A stretch of DNA of 64,000 nucleotides. Source: Macrostomum lignano. Taxonomy: Eukaryota. The stretch spans positions 20,172-84,171 of the forward strand of contig NIVC01001540.1 of assembly GCA_002269645.1 (NCBI GenBank), in the 5' to 3' direction. The translations under genes and the position numbers were made by a program. Numbering within the stretch: position 1 is the first letter of the stretch; each line of letters opens with the position of its first letter. The notes under the pieces were generated by a model, which saw only the letters and a program-made list of their open reading frames with translations, searched no databases and was not told where the DNA came from. Below are positions 1 to 12,589 of the stretch, one piece after another.

Positions 1-300
1 GGAGACTATATTCATAGAATGTTGGTGAATGGGAGTAATTTAATTTTAGTCAGTAAGTGTCGGCTTACATGCTGTAGGGTAGGAGGGCCAGGTCTCGTCC
101 CAAGTGGGAGGGAAAAGTCCAACAGATAATAAATAATGTACGAGCATGCCATCAATTCCCGGGCTGCAAGTCAACGGAGGGCAATTTCTGGTGGTTAATA
201 AATTAGTACAAAAAACACAGCGGAGTTCGCGTCAGGAGCGAAGCAACAAAAAGTGCAGAGAAAAATTTGCGTCCAGCTTCCGTGGCCCTGCAGTGCTTCA

Positions 301-3300
301 TCAGTCGACTTGCGGGTTGTTCCTAAACAAGTACTCGGCCTGGAAAAGTGCAAACGGTTGGTTTGGATTTGGGATTACGGATTTTGGGCAAGGGAAAAAG
401 TGGATAAATCAGGGCGCTTCCGCCTTGCATGAGCTCGGGAGGGAAATGAGGGAATGAGTTTATATGACTGGGAACATTGGGAGTAACTGTGCGGCCGTGT
501 GGCAATTCCCATTCGCTCAAAACACATGCTTTTAAGTGTCCTGAGAGCAGTAGCTGGGGAAGAGGACGGAAAGGGAAAAATCGATGGGAATAATCGACTC
601 CCCATTTTCTCCTATTCGAGACAAATGGGATTTTCTACCCCAGCCGACTCACCAGATAGTCTATGGCGTCGTCTGGGCGAACCTTGGCGCACTCCATGAG
701 GCCCTTGGTGAGGTTGGGCATCACGTGCTTCATCAGGTAGTTGCGCAGAGGCTCGCTGCGGATCTCCAGCAGCTCGTGCTCCTCGCGCTTCACCTCCTCA
801 AGTCTGGCAGCCTGTTGGTGGTTTGTTTGAGTTTGAGAATTGTCAGGGCTGCGTTGCTGCTTCTAGGGGCAACACGAGTGAGTAGTGCTGCAGGATTGTT
901 CTATGCTAATTTGATTGCGGATGCAGGAGTGGCTGAAGACCAGTCTGTGGCCAACCCGAGCAACTCAGCCACTACATTGAGCACCGAGTCCCGCTACTCA
1001 CCCACTCCATTGAGCACCGAGTCCCGCTACTCACCCACTCCATTGAGCACCGAGTCCCGCTACTCAGCCACTCCATTGAGCACCGAGTCCCGCTACTCAC
1101 CCACTCCATTGAGCACCGAGTCCCGCTACTCAGCCACTCCATTGAGCACCGAGTCCCGCTACTCAGCCACTCCATTGAGCACCGAGTCCCGCTACTCACC
1201 CACTCCATTGAGCACCGAGTCCCGCTACTCACCCACTCCTCCTGGCGCCGCTTCCTCTCGTCCGCCTCCTGCCTCTCGCGCCTCTCCCGCTCGTCCCGCT
1301 CTCGCTTCTCGTTCTCCAGCCGCTCGGTCTCCTCCCGCCGCCGAATCTCCTCCTGCTCCTCCGGCGTCAGGCCGTAGTTTCTCGGCTTGCCGATGGCCTT
1401 CTTGATTCGCTCAACCAGGGCGGCGTGCATCGTCGAATCGTCCTTGGAAACGTCGAATACGTCCGGATGAATTTCCTTCTCGTCGAAGTACATCACCACG
1501 GAGTCGTCCTCGGTGTTGATGGCTCGGTACTCGCTCAGTCGGCGAAGCAGGCCCTCCTCGGTGTTGTGCGTCCCGGCCACCACAGCTTCGGGGAGCTGCA
1601 TAACTCGCCGCTTCAGGAAATCGTCGCCGGCTTCCAGCACGAACAGCTGGTCGGGCATCAGCCGCTTGTTGAAGGGGCCGCCGCCGTCCTCGCCTTCCTC
1701 TTCATCGTCTTCATCGGCTGTTGAAATTGGTGGAGGTGGAGGTGACTCCTCAGTCTCTAGATCTGATATCTATAGCGACTCCTCAGTCTCTAGATCTGAT
1801 ATCTATAGCGACTCCTCAGTCTATAGATCTGATATCTATAGCGACTCCTCAGTCTATAGATCTAATATCTATAGCGACTCCTTAGTATATAGATCTGATA
1901 TCTATAGCGACTCTTCAGTATATAGATCTGATATCTATAGCGACTCCTCAGCCTATAGATCTGATATCTATAGCGACTCCTGAGTTTATAGATCTGATAT
2001 CTATAGCGACTCCTCAGTCTATAGATCTAATATCTATAGCGACTCCTCAGTCTATAGATCTGATATCTATAGCGACTCCTCAGTCTATAGATCTAATATC
2101 TATAGCGACTCCTTAGTATATAGATCTGATATCTATAGCGACTCTTCAGTATATAGATCTGATATCTATAGCGACTCCTCAGCCTATAGATCTGATATCT
2201 ATAGCGACTCCTCAGTTTATAGATCTGATATCTATAGCGACTCCTTAGTATATAGATCTGATATCTATAGCGACTCCTCAGTCTATAGATCTAATATCTA
2301 TAGCGACTCCTCAGTCTATAGATCTGATATCTATAGCGACTCCTCAGTCTATAGATCTAATATCTATAGCGACTCCTTAGTATATAGATCTGATATCTAT
2401 AGCGACTCTTCAGTATATAGATCTGATATCTATAGCGACTCCTCAGCCTATAGATCTGATATCTATAGCGACTCCTGAGTTTATAGATCTGATATCTATA
2501 GCGACTCCTGAGTTTATAGATCTGATATCTATAGCGACTCCTCAGTATATAGATCTGATATCTATAGCGACTCCTCAGTTTATAGATCTGATATCTATAG
2601 CGACTCCTCAGTTTATAGATCTGATATCTATAGCGACTCTTCAGTATATAGATCTGATATCTATAGCGACTCCTCAGTTTATAGATCTGATATCTATAGC
2701 GACTCCTTAGTATATAGATCTGATATCTATAGCGACTCCTCAGTATATAGATCTGATATCTATAGCGACTCCTCGGTTTATAGATCTGATATCTATAGCG
2801 ACTCCTGAGTTTATAGATCTGATATCTATAGCGACTCCTCAGTATATAGATCTGATATCTATAGCGACTCCTCGGTTTATAGATCTGATATCTATAGCGA
2901 CTCCTCAGTCTATAGATCTGATATCTATAGATCTGATATCTATAGCGACTCCTCAGTCTATAGATCTGATATCTATAGATCTGATATCTATAGCGACTCC
3001 TCAGTCTATAGATCTGATATCTATAGATCTAGATCTATAGCGGCTCCTCAGTCAAGATGCCTAACCACCGGTAGACAAGAATTCTTTAAGAAATCCTCAA
3101 TTTTTTCTGCACTGTAAGTTCGAACTGCCTCTCAAACCAATAAATCAAAGAGACTAATCTGCTGATTAGAGGCCTGCAATATTGAGGCAACAGTGAATTA
3201 ATTCTCAGAGCAGAGCAGTCCGGAAGCGCAAAAAAGCAAGTCGTTCTGCTTGATCTCTTTGTTAGGGCAATAAAAATTGTTGCTCTGTTTGAGTCGAAAA

Positions 3301-6300
3301 AAGAATGGCGCCACTGCCTCAAATCCTGGACAGAAGGGGCGTTACGCGCTTACGACATGCGGTTTGTACTTTTGCTCCTTAGATTTAAGCCCTTTAAATA
3401 TGGTATAACTGTTTTATCTGATCTATTCTAATCGAAAACATTTTTATTTTAGGCCAATTAGTAAATTAATGATTGGCAAAAATCTCTTCCGCCCAGGTGT
3501 CATCTTCAGTAGTCCATGGCAGAATCTATCTCTGGTATTCTAAATTATCATCTGTTTCCTAGGTTACGCTCGTAGCAGGGATATGCCACTTATACTGCCA
3601 GTTAATATACTTTTTCATCATCTATCATCTGAAATATAGCTATTTCACATCATGCTCATCTCATGCTACTTAAATATCAAGTTAGTAGTATGAAACGGAA
3701 TGTCGCTCCAGTTGAACTGTTGAACTCACGCGCAAACAGATCCTCAGCCTGCTGCTTCGTCTTCGGGAAGCCGTCCAAGATGAAGCCCTGATTCTGGCAC
3801 GCCTTGGAGGCCAGCTTCTCTCGGAAGAACCTGCGCCATGCAAATAATTTGAGAGGAGAATTATTTGCAACTAACTAACTAACTAACCAACTAACCAGCT
3901 CGTAACTGACTGACTGACTCCCAGGACCGCATACCTGATCACGAAGCTGTCATCCAATCGGTCGTTATTCTCGGCCATGTTCTCGTTGACCTGCTCGAGC
4001 GTCTCGGCGTCTTCCGCAGCCTTGCCGTCGTCGTCCTCCTCTTCGGCGTCGGCGCGAGCGGCGCTGCGTTGCTGGAGTTGAGAATAAAAAAAATCGGTTA
4101 TTAAAAGCCGCAAGAGTCAGCCAAGTTGAGCTCTTAAAAACACGTGTAAGGCCCTGACAAGCCTGACCAAAGCCGAAAATTCTTGCACTCACCAGATTGG
4201 CGATGGCCTCCGTGATGACGTCCTTAGCCCGGATGTGATGCAGCTTGTAGAAGTCGCAGAGCTGCTTCACAATTACCGACTTGCCAGAGGCGGGCGGGCC
4301 GAGGATGCACGCCTTGATCGGCTGGAGTCCGCGCTCCTTCTTGTACTCCTTGATGATCTGGTCGATGTTCTCCACGATGCCCGTTTCGCAGGCCCAGTTA
4401 ATCTTGAAGTTCTCCTTCACGTAGATGGCGTCAAGACGCAGTGAGAGCATCAGCTGGTCCAGCGTGGCTTGCTGCGGGGCGGGCGCGGGCATTGTGCGGG
4501 ATCAAAAAGGGGGACGTCAACATAAGCAGTGGAACGGAGCCCGAGCCAAGATGCTAACCAGACCGACTTTCGGTACCAGTCGACAAGAAACGCGGAGGGA
4601 TTCCATCCAGAAAACAGTAAAACAGTTCGTGCAGTGATGCTAAATGGTTTCCGCCCCAGGCCCTAAGTGACAACCAGAAGGCGGTGGTCGAGACCATCCT
4701 GCGACCTGGACGCTGAGACCTGGACGCTGACGGACTCGCTCAAAACAGCAATTTGACCCGGCGTGCGTGCTACGCACCGCCTTCAAGACCAGCAACGAGC
4801 GAGGCACCAACGCGGCACTGTATACGAGCTCACCGCGCCAGCCTGCAGGAGGTGCTGCTGCTTACGCTGCAAGCATCATACCGGCGGTGACAGACTGCGC
4901 ACTTGGCGTTTTGTCGACTACGATGTTCGCGCCCAAGCGCAGAGACGCGCCCTGTGATGCTGTTTCTATAGGATCTGACAGCGCACTTTTATTGAAAGTG
5001 TTTCGAGGGAAAAGCTGTCCACTTGAGACACTTACGAGCAACAATGGTAAAAGTGCAAATCGTTGAATTTTAGACACAGAAAACCCGGTCCTTTCAGACT
5101 GTTTTGTGAGCACGACAGAAGCCAAACTGGAAAATTCCGAGCCATTCCTGCTGCGATTCTGTCCGATCGTGTGCGACCCTGAGGAACTACGAAACTTTTT
5201 GGTTCTATTCCACAGTTTCTAATTGTCATTTTCCTCAGTTTATCCCATGATTTCCACGGAAACCCAAGGGAGGGACGTGGATAGGATGTCTCAGCGTTTT
5301 GAGTCGACTGGTCCAGCACTTCAAAATGAGATTAGTCGATGGCTTTAGTTGAGATTGGAGTCAATGAGGATTTAACATTCATTCCCGTCACTCACATCGA
5401 TGTCCTTAGATAGGGCGGCCTCCTCCTTTGTCACCGTGCGAATCTTGCCAGTGCAGAGGCCGACAGACACTGCTTTGACAACTTCATCCAGCATGTTCTG
5501 CGAGTCGTCAACCGCCACCAGATATTTCACCTTCGGCTTGCTGTCGGCGATGTTCTGCAACACCGCGGCCAGATCACGGATGTGAATCATGGGCAGAACA
5601 TTCTGACCATTTCCGTAAACTGGCAGAGTGAAGGCGTTGTGCCAGGCGGCCTTGAAGAAGCTGTGGAAGATGTTCTCTCCGCAGCCGTAGGTCAGACCGC
5701 TGGCCACAATGTAAGTTGTGAGCCTGCTCTTCTTCTGCGAATGGGAGTGAGGTGGTTAGTTGGATTATTAATTTAACTGAGGACCGATTGGTACAGGGTA
5801 TGTACTTGTGTTCAAATGTGTACTGATAACGTGACCCTAATTAGCACAGCGCTCAGACAGACACAGGTGTACATGTACTAATACCATATCCTATCTTGGT
5901 ACACGTGTATTTTGCGTACAGACACGTGGTAGAATACGGCTGGGCAGCTCACCGTTTTTCCATACTTGACTGCGGCCTTCTCCGCCGCCAGATGCTCCTT
6001 GTAGTTCTGGTGCGGCTTCCGTTTGCGATAGTCCTCCTCGGTCAGCGGACTCTCGAGATCCTCCTGCAAATGCGGTTTCGGATTTCGACGGATGTACGAA
6101 AAGCATTATTAAGTACTAGTTGCACATAAGGCTCACCTCATCAGCCGGTTTGCTCTTAGCCCACGTCATCACGGTGGACAGGAGGATGAAAACCTTCTGA
6201 GACTCCAGCTTCTCAATGTCTTGATGCAGCTCGGTGAGAGCCCACATCGCCTCTTCAATTTGGTCCGGATCTTGGGTGATGTCGTATACAATAACGTCGC

Positions 6301-7117
6301 ACTCGACCAGATGTTCGTACATCTGCTCCCTGGTGTCGTACTAGAAAAGCAACATTTATGGTATTCGGTCAAATCTTCATCAGTATTGCAGACTAATCAG
6401 AATAAAACCCCAAATGAATAAGAAGCTTACGCTGAGGATCTCCTTCACGAACTCTGGCTGCTTGGCCCCTGTCTTTTTCAAAGTGCCATGGATTTCATAG
6501 CAGCCTTCCTTTGGCTTCACTGGGAAGTCTCCGCTGAGGACAGATCCGGCCTCTTCCTCTTCTTCTTCGTTGTCTTCAAGAGTAGCACCAACGGCGCATT
6601 GTGAAAGGTACTGAAAGTCAAATGATTGTAATATAAATTTACTTTTTCAGTTCTGCAATGGAATCATTAAAAAGAGCGAAATTTCGAGTTAAACTTCTAG
6701 GTTAGTTTCTGGACCGAAATTATAAAAGTGAGCAAATAATAATTTCTGCTCTTTATTAGGTGGAATCAAGTAGTCAACTTAAATTGTGATCATAAATCAT
6801 AATGAACTTTTTATAAAACAAGCTTAAAATTTATTTAATCTAATATAGATTATCTAGGATGTTTTTTAAAGACTGCTAGACTGAAGAGTTATTTTAGTAT
6901 TTTATTATTATATAATAAAATCACATTTTTAATAAATCAATATATCTATGACCTCTACCATCAAAACAACTGTAATTAGCATACAAATAACTTGAATAAT
7001 AGTTTTCTGTCTCTTATCAAAACAGAAATATAAACTCACCTTTGAAATATGGTATCCCTGATATTCGTCAACATGATTGACGAAAATCCGAACTGGCTTG
7101 GTAGCTTCAGCAGCCAT
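301..7117 (-). CDS. AK7: Adenylate kinase 7 (11 coding exons, ~703 aa)
   Basis: Exons in transcript order: 7117-7040, 6610-6431, 6340-6137, 6063-5953, 5734-5396, 4471-4193, 4071-3935, 3830-3730, 1717-1233, 811-653, 339-301. All are GT-AG and total 2112 nt in frame. Motifs: N-terminal RIFVNHVD, P-loop [25 protein letters not shown]-terminal Dpy-30-like [41 protein letters not shown]. Confidence 0.95.
963..1238. repeat. 33-bp tandem repeat (8 units) overlapping the AK7 exon 9 donor
   Basis: The minus-strand unit GAGTGG(G/C)TGAGTAGCGGGACTCGGTGCTCAATG is visible directly and reads [11 protein letters not shown] in the ORF track. Confidence 0.95.
1743..3050. repeat. 33-bp minisatellite (~39 copies) in AK7 intron 8
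   Basis: Unit GACTCCTCAGTCTATAGATCTGATATCTATAGC, with an internal inverted repeat CTATAGAT-n5-ATCTATAG. Confidence 0.95.
4683..4900 (+). mobile_element. Degenerate non-LTR (RTE-like) retrotransposon fragment, C-terminal part of RT ORF, in AK7 intron 5
   Basis: Frameshifted remnants [46 protein letters not shown]. Clearly similar to 41880-42125. Confidence 0.7.
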
Positions 7118-7489
7118 TATGTTGACAGTTTTGGTGCGTACTAATCACTCACTATTTGGATTCCTCTCGTAGTGTTTTATAATAAGTAATTTAAAATGAA
7201 CATAGTTCTATGTGTTACTAGAGAGACGAAACGCTTTTTTGCTACTTTATTTAAAAAATAACAAAAATTATTTTATTTTAAAATAGAAAAAGTAAGTCTA
7301 CTGTTACTTTTTACCTCAAATTGTTGCAGATTTTTTTCACTTTGTTTTACTTTAAACAACAAGCGTTGTCTAGGATTTAAATGTTGATTCCTTGAAAGTG
7401 GAACCACCTTCACTTGAGCTTACTTATTGAAATTGTTGTGTAGTATTTTGTATTTGTTACTTAGTAACTAAATTTCCGTACTCATATAG

Positions 7490-10400
7490 ATGACTCCAGA
7501 ATAGTAAGTAACGATTTGAATCATTCTTTGCTCATTTAGTAGCTTTCCTGTTATCTCACTGGGTTATACACTCATGCTTTTTTACTTTGTTTGTATCTAT
7601 AGTAGTCTAGACCTAAAGTAGTATAGATATGAAATATAAAATCAGATATATAATATAAGATATAGCTAAGATATAAATTGATAATGCTGCATATTAAATA
7701 AAATTAAACTTTGCTTACCTATCTTGCTTTGGTGTCATAAAGGATAATGAATGTATGTATTTTAACCATCTATGTTGACAGTATTGTATCTTTTGTGATA
7801 TTCAAATTGCAATGGCTAGACCTAATGGTTAATGTGACAAAGGTTGTCACTGAGTTAACTTTTTTAGTTTTACAGGTTATTTTTTAATTTTATATTAAAA
7901 TGTTCCTATTAGAAAAAAATATCTTTAAACCATTTGAAATAATACATAGTTAAGTTAATAACTTGACAAATTATTATGTAGTAGGTAACTATTATAAAGT
8001 AAAGATTTCTTTTTAATTTAAAGATTAGCTAATTGTTTAAAATAATCAATATAAAAAAATTAGGCTATAAGCCTAATTAAATAAATAAAATAGACAAACA
8101 AAAAGATTTTAAGAATTTTAAACTTCTCTTTCTATTATAGGCTAAACTATTATATATATATATATATATATATGTGGTATAAACTAAAACTTATTTGTTA
8201 AATATTAATAGCATGTATTATATTAGAAATATAATATGCTTAAGTATTTTTCTAAACTTGTATAAATTAAATTATTTTATTTATTATTTATTTCTATGTT
8301 TAAAACAGAGGTAGACATGGGCAAAGTGGGAGTATAAACAAAAAACATAGCAAGGTAGGTCCCAAAGCAATCAAATATATTTTTTTTGCCAATAAACTAA
8401 ATTAGAATTAAAAGAAATTAAAATAAAAAAGATTTGGCATAGTAGCAGGCCAAAAAATATGATCAAAATTTCTTTGGCCGCAGCTAAGGGGGGCCATGGC
8501 TCCCTTGGCCCCTCCTTTGGATCTACCCCTGCAATGATACTCTCTATGATTAAGGGGAGCAACATATAAAAAACCCATGATGATATGCATGCACCTTGGG
8601 CATTAGAGGTAGTTAGTTAAGGCAAATATATATTACGGGGGTTATAGCCTAGTGGTTAGAGCATTGGACTTATGATTAAAAGGTTTTGGGTTTGATTCCC
8701 AATCTTATTTGAATCCTTAAACAAAACATAATTCTGCATTGCTTTAGTTCACCCAGCTATAAAATGGATACTTGCATTAGTTAGGATAATTGAAAGTATA
8801 CATGGCAACCCCTTAGTCATTGGACTAAACAGCCATATGCAGCCTTCAGATGCACCATGCAGTAGACTATAGCTGAGCTGATCTTTGCACATTTGCCCAT
8901 TGCACATTAGGGCAAATGGAATAAATAAATACATAAATAATTAATTTTACATACATATTACTGTATAAAATTCATAGGGCAAAAAGATACATAATGATGC
9001 AACAAGAGAGTGGGTTAGAATGATGGCAAGTGAAACAGTGAGGTGGATTGTTCAAACATTTAAAGTGTTTAAAGCTGCCTAATTTACCTGCTTTATGTTA
9101 TATAAGATTATTATTGCAATATGGCATATTATGCAGATGTTATAGTATGATATATTATACCATTGTATCTAATTACTAATATGACATGCTAATCTAGACT
9201 TTTGAGAATTTTTGTTAGCATATCTTACAAAAAATCTAAATTCTTAAAGACAGTTTTGAAGCAATTATTAATAGTATATTACAGTATATTTGTACTTTTT
9301 GGATAAAAAATCAAACTGTAATGTAATACTTACTTTCCTTCACTTCCTTGCCCAAACCTATCAGCGACTACCTGTTCAAGCTGTTGCTTATTGGCGACTC
9401 GGGTGTTGGTAAAAGCTGCCTTCTGCTGCGCTTTGCTGATGACACTTACACAGACAGCTACATCAGCACCATTGGCGTGGATTTCAAGATTCGAACTATT
9501 GAACTGGATGGCAAAACTATCAAGCTGCAGGTTATTTATGTTTTTTTTTCAATTTTTTAGGAACTTCAATTTTTTACTGCAAATCTTAGCTTTGTCACAA
9601 TAGAATCTGGTCAGACTAGATTGCAGTCACAATATAATCTTAATCAGGCTGGATTGCAGTCACAACAGAATCTGGTCAGACTGGATTGCAGTCACAATAT
9701 AATCTTAATCAGGCTGGATTGCAGTCACAACAGAATCTGGTCAGACTAGATTGCAGTCACAACAGAATCTGGTCAGACTGGATTGCAGTCACAACACAAT
9801 ATAATCTTAATCAGGCTGGATTGCAGTCACAACAGAATCTGGTCAGACTGGATTGCAGTCACAATATAATCTTAATCAGGCTGGATTGCAGTCACAACAG
9901 AATCTGGTCAGACTAGATTGCAGTCACAACAGAATCTGGTCAGACTAGATTGCAGTCACAACAGAATCTGGTCAGACTGGATTGCAGTCACAACAGAATC
10001 TGGTCAGACTGGATTGCAGTCACAACACAATATAATCTTAATCAGGCTGGATTGCAGTCACAACAGAATCTGGTCAGACTGGATTGTAGTCACAATATAA
10101 TCTTAATCAGGCTGGATTGCAGTCACAACAGAATCTGGTCAGACTGGATTGCAGTCACAATATAATCTTAATCAGGCTGGATTGCAGTCACAACAGAATC
10201 TGGTCAGACTAGATTGCAGTCACAACAGAATCTGGTCAGACTAGATTGCAGTCACAATATAATCTTAATCAGGCTGGATTGCAGTCACAACAGAATCTGG
10301 TCAGACTGGATTGCAGTCACAACAGAATCTGGTCATACAAATACAATCCTGCTTTCGCAACCATCATTCTAGATCTGGGACACGGCCGGCCAGGAGCGGT

Positions 10401-11637
10401 TCCGCACCATCACCTCATCCTACTATCGCGGCGCCCACGGCATCATCGTAGTCTATGACGTCACCGACCAGGACTCTTTCAACAACGTGAAGAACTGGCT
10501 GCAGGAGATCGAGCGCTACGCCTCCGACAGCGTCAACCGCCTGCTAGTGGGAAACAAGTGCGACCTCACGGCCAACAAGGTGGTGGACTTTGCCACCGCC
10601 AAGGTGAGGCTGCTTTCTGTTGATGTTAACCTTGAATCCCAGTGTACTCTGGTTGTTCTCGAAACCCTTTATGTACACCCACAGACCGACCCGATTGTAC
10701 AACCATAGTCATCCTCACAGTTCACACACTGCCACACTCACACCCCCACAGACCCCACTGTACGCCCACTGCCACACTCCCACAGACCCCACTGTACACC
10801 CAGTTGTACACCCCCACAGACCCCACTGTACACTCAGTTGCGCACCCCATAGACCCACTGTACACCCACTGCCACACTCCCACAGACCCCATTGTACACC
10901 CACTGCCACACCCCCACAGACCCCACTGTACACCCACTGCCACACTCCCACAGACCCCACTGTACACCCACTGCCACACTCCCACAGACCCCACTGTACA
11001 CCCACTGCCACACCCCCACAGACCCCACTGTACACTCAGTTGCGCACCCCATAGACCCACTGTACACCCACTGCCACACTCCCACAGACCCCATTGTACA
11101 CCCACTGCCACACCCCCACAGACCCCACTGTACACCCACTGCCACACTCCCACAGACCCCACTGTACACCCAGTTGTACACCCCCACAGACCCCACTGTA
11201 CACTCAGTTGCGCACCCCATAGACCCACTGTACACCCACTGCCACACTCCCACAGACCCCATTGTACACCCACTGCCACACCCCACAGACCCCACTGTAC
11301 ACCCACTGCCACACTCCCACAGACCCCACTGTACACCCACTGCCACACTCCCACAGACCCCACTGTACACCCACTGCCACACCCCCACAGACCCCACTGT
11401 ACATCCAGTTGCACACCTGACCCCTCAACCCACCAGGAATACGCCGAGTCCCTGGGCATTCAATTCCTGGAGACCAGCGCCAAGAACGCCACCAATGTGG
11501 AGCAGGCGTTCTTGTCCATGGCCTCGGAGATCAAGGCACGAATGGGGCCTGTGACAGCCGACCAAAAGACTCGGCCGGCCATCAAAGTCAACCCGGGCAC
11601 TCAGCCGGTCAAGTCTGGCGGTGGCGGATGCTGCTAA
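7490..11637 (+). CDS. RAB1: Rab1/Ypt1 small GTPase (4 coding exons, 203 aa)
   Basis: Exons 7490-7503 (ATGACTCCAGAATA|gtaagt), 9365-9530, 10373-10603, 11437-11637, total 612 nt. Motifs: [64 protein letters not shown]-terminal GGCC. Confidence 0.97.
8470..8531 (-). mobile_element. Probable terminus of a non-autonomous DNA element (MITE-like)
   Basis: The minus strand reads CAGGGGTAGATCCAAAGGAGGGGCCAAGGGAGCCATGGCCCCCC. This GC-rich CAGGGG(C/T)..ATCC terminus-like motif sits in AT-rich intron DNA. I did not find a partner end. Confidence 0.4.
8637..8940 (+). mobile_element. Decayed tRNA-derived SINE in Rab1 intron 1
   Basis: A-box TAGCCTAGTGG (8645-8655), B-box-like GGTTTGATTCC (8689-8699), central CACCCAGCTATAAAATGGATAC segment resembling conserved SINE core domains, and an (ATAA)n-like tail at ~8920-8940. 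Confidence 0.65.
9593..10335. repeat. Composite 32/33-bp minisatellite in Rab1 intron 2
   Basis: Two alternating unit types, AGAATCTGGTCAGACT(A/G)GATTGCAGTCACAAC and ATAATCTTAATCAGGCTGGATTGCAGTCACA, share the core GATTGCAGTCACAA. Confidence 0.92.
10670..11420. repeat. C-rich ~34-bp minisatellite in Rab1 intron 3
   Basis: Unit CCCACTGTACACCCACTGCCACAC(T/C)CCCACAGAC with variants. Confidence 0.92.
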
Positions 11638-11734
11638 TCTATAGATAATGATAATAATGATTATTGTTATTATTATTATCAACTATTAATCATATGTTTT
11701 TGCCGCGCATCATAAGAATTAATGATAATAATAC

Positions 11735-11740
11735 AATAAA
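11735..11740 (+). promoter_or_regulatory. Candidate polyadenylation signal of Rab1
   Basis: AATAAA ~100 nt after the stop codon in an AT-rich 3' UTR. Confidence 0.5.
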
Positions 11741-12589
11741 GACTTTGCAGATGGTGTTTCCTTAGCATTAATGGAGCCGACGCCCCAACGCCTGCCCTCC
11801 CCTCTTCGCCCCTCGATGGAGAATGTACCTGCTATTTATCAGTGCTACAATACTGTTAACTATTATCATTGTTATGTTATATATTCTAGGTGCCGTCTTC
11901 TAGGGGTCAAATGGGCTTCGGGGTTGCTGGGTCTCGGTCCCCCCAGACTGCTCTCTGTCTGTCCTGTATGCAGGGTCTATGTAATCAGTGTGAGAATTTG
12001 TGTGTCTTCATAATATTTATTTATTCATTTATTTATGCATGCTGTACGTACTACTTATTTGAGCGGATTACTGATAAGAATAGCAGTAGTATATATGTGT
12101 GTGCATCTATTATTGTTAAACACAAATACGTTTGATTAATAATTCCGTGCGCAAATAGCAGTGCCGTATCCAGCTGTGTTTCTGTAGCAAATTCAACCAG
12201 ATTAATGCGCGAGTACTGTTTTAAAGCTTTTGCGCCCCCAACCCCTGGCCTCCCTCAGTCTAATTACCACAGGTTTTTGGATTTAACTACCGGTAACTGC
12301 CCCAGTGTCTCCCCTGTCTCAGCTACACTCAAATCTCCACTCTTAGACAGAAGTTATCTTAAAGTCCACTTCCCAATTGAGCGAAATATACAAGGCGCTT
12401 ATGTAACTGGCAATGTGACAGCCTACAGGTGAAAGTCTGTCATACTCTTATGTATTAACTAAGTGATCCTTGTTTGTTTGCTTACTTTTATTTCACCTTG
12501 ATTTATTAATCCATGGTACAAGTCAACAGCTTATATAAAGTTACAAATAACTTCTAGCTTTAGATTTACGCCCGCTTGCAATAGTGTTT

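Noticed and set aside
584-1405. 273-aa plus-strand ORF
   Set aside because: Antisense shadow of AK7 exons 9-10 plus the 33-bp repeat.
8637-8705. Functional tRNA gene
   Set aside because: The B box is decayed, I could not form a proper cloverleaf, and the sequence continues into a SINE-like body and tail.
10620-11554. His/Pro/Thr-rich and Gly/Val/Cys-rich ORFs
   Set aside because: Rab1 intron 3 minisatellite. Only 11437-11637 is coding.
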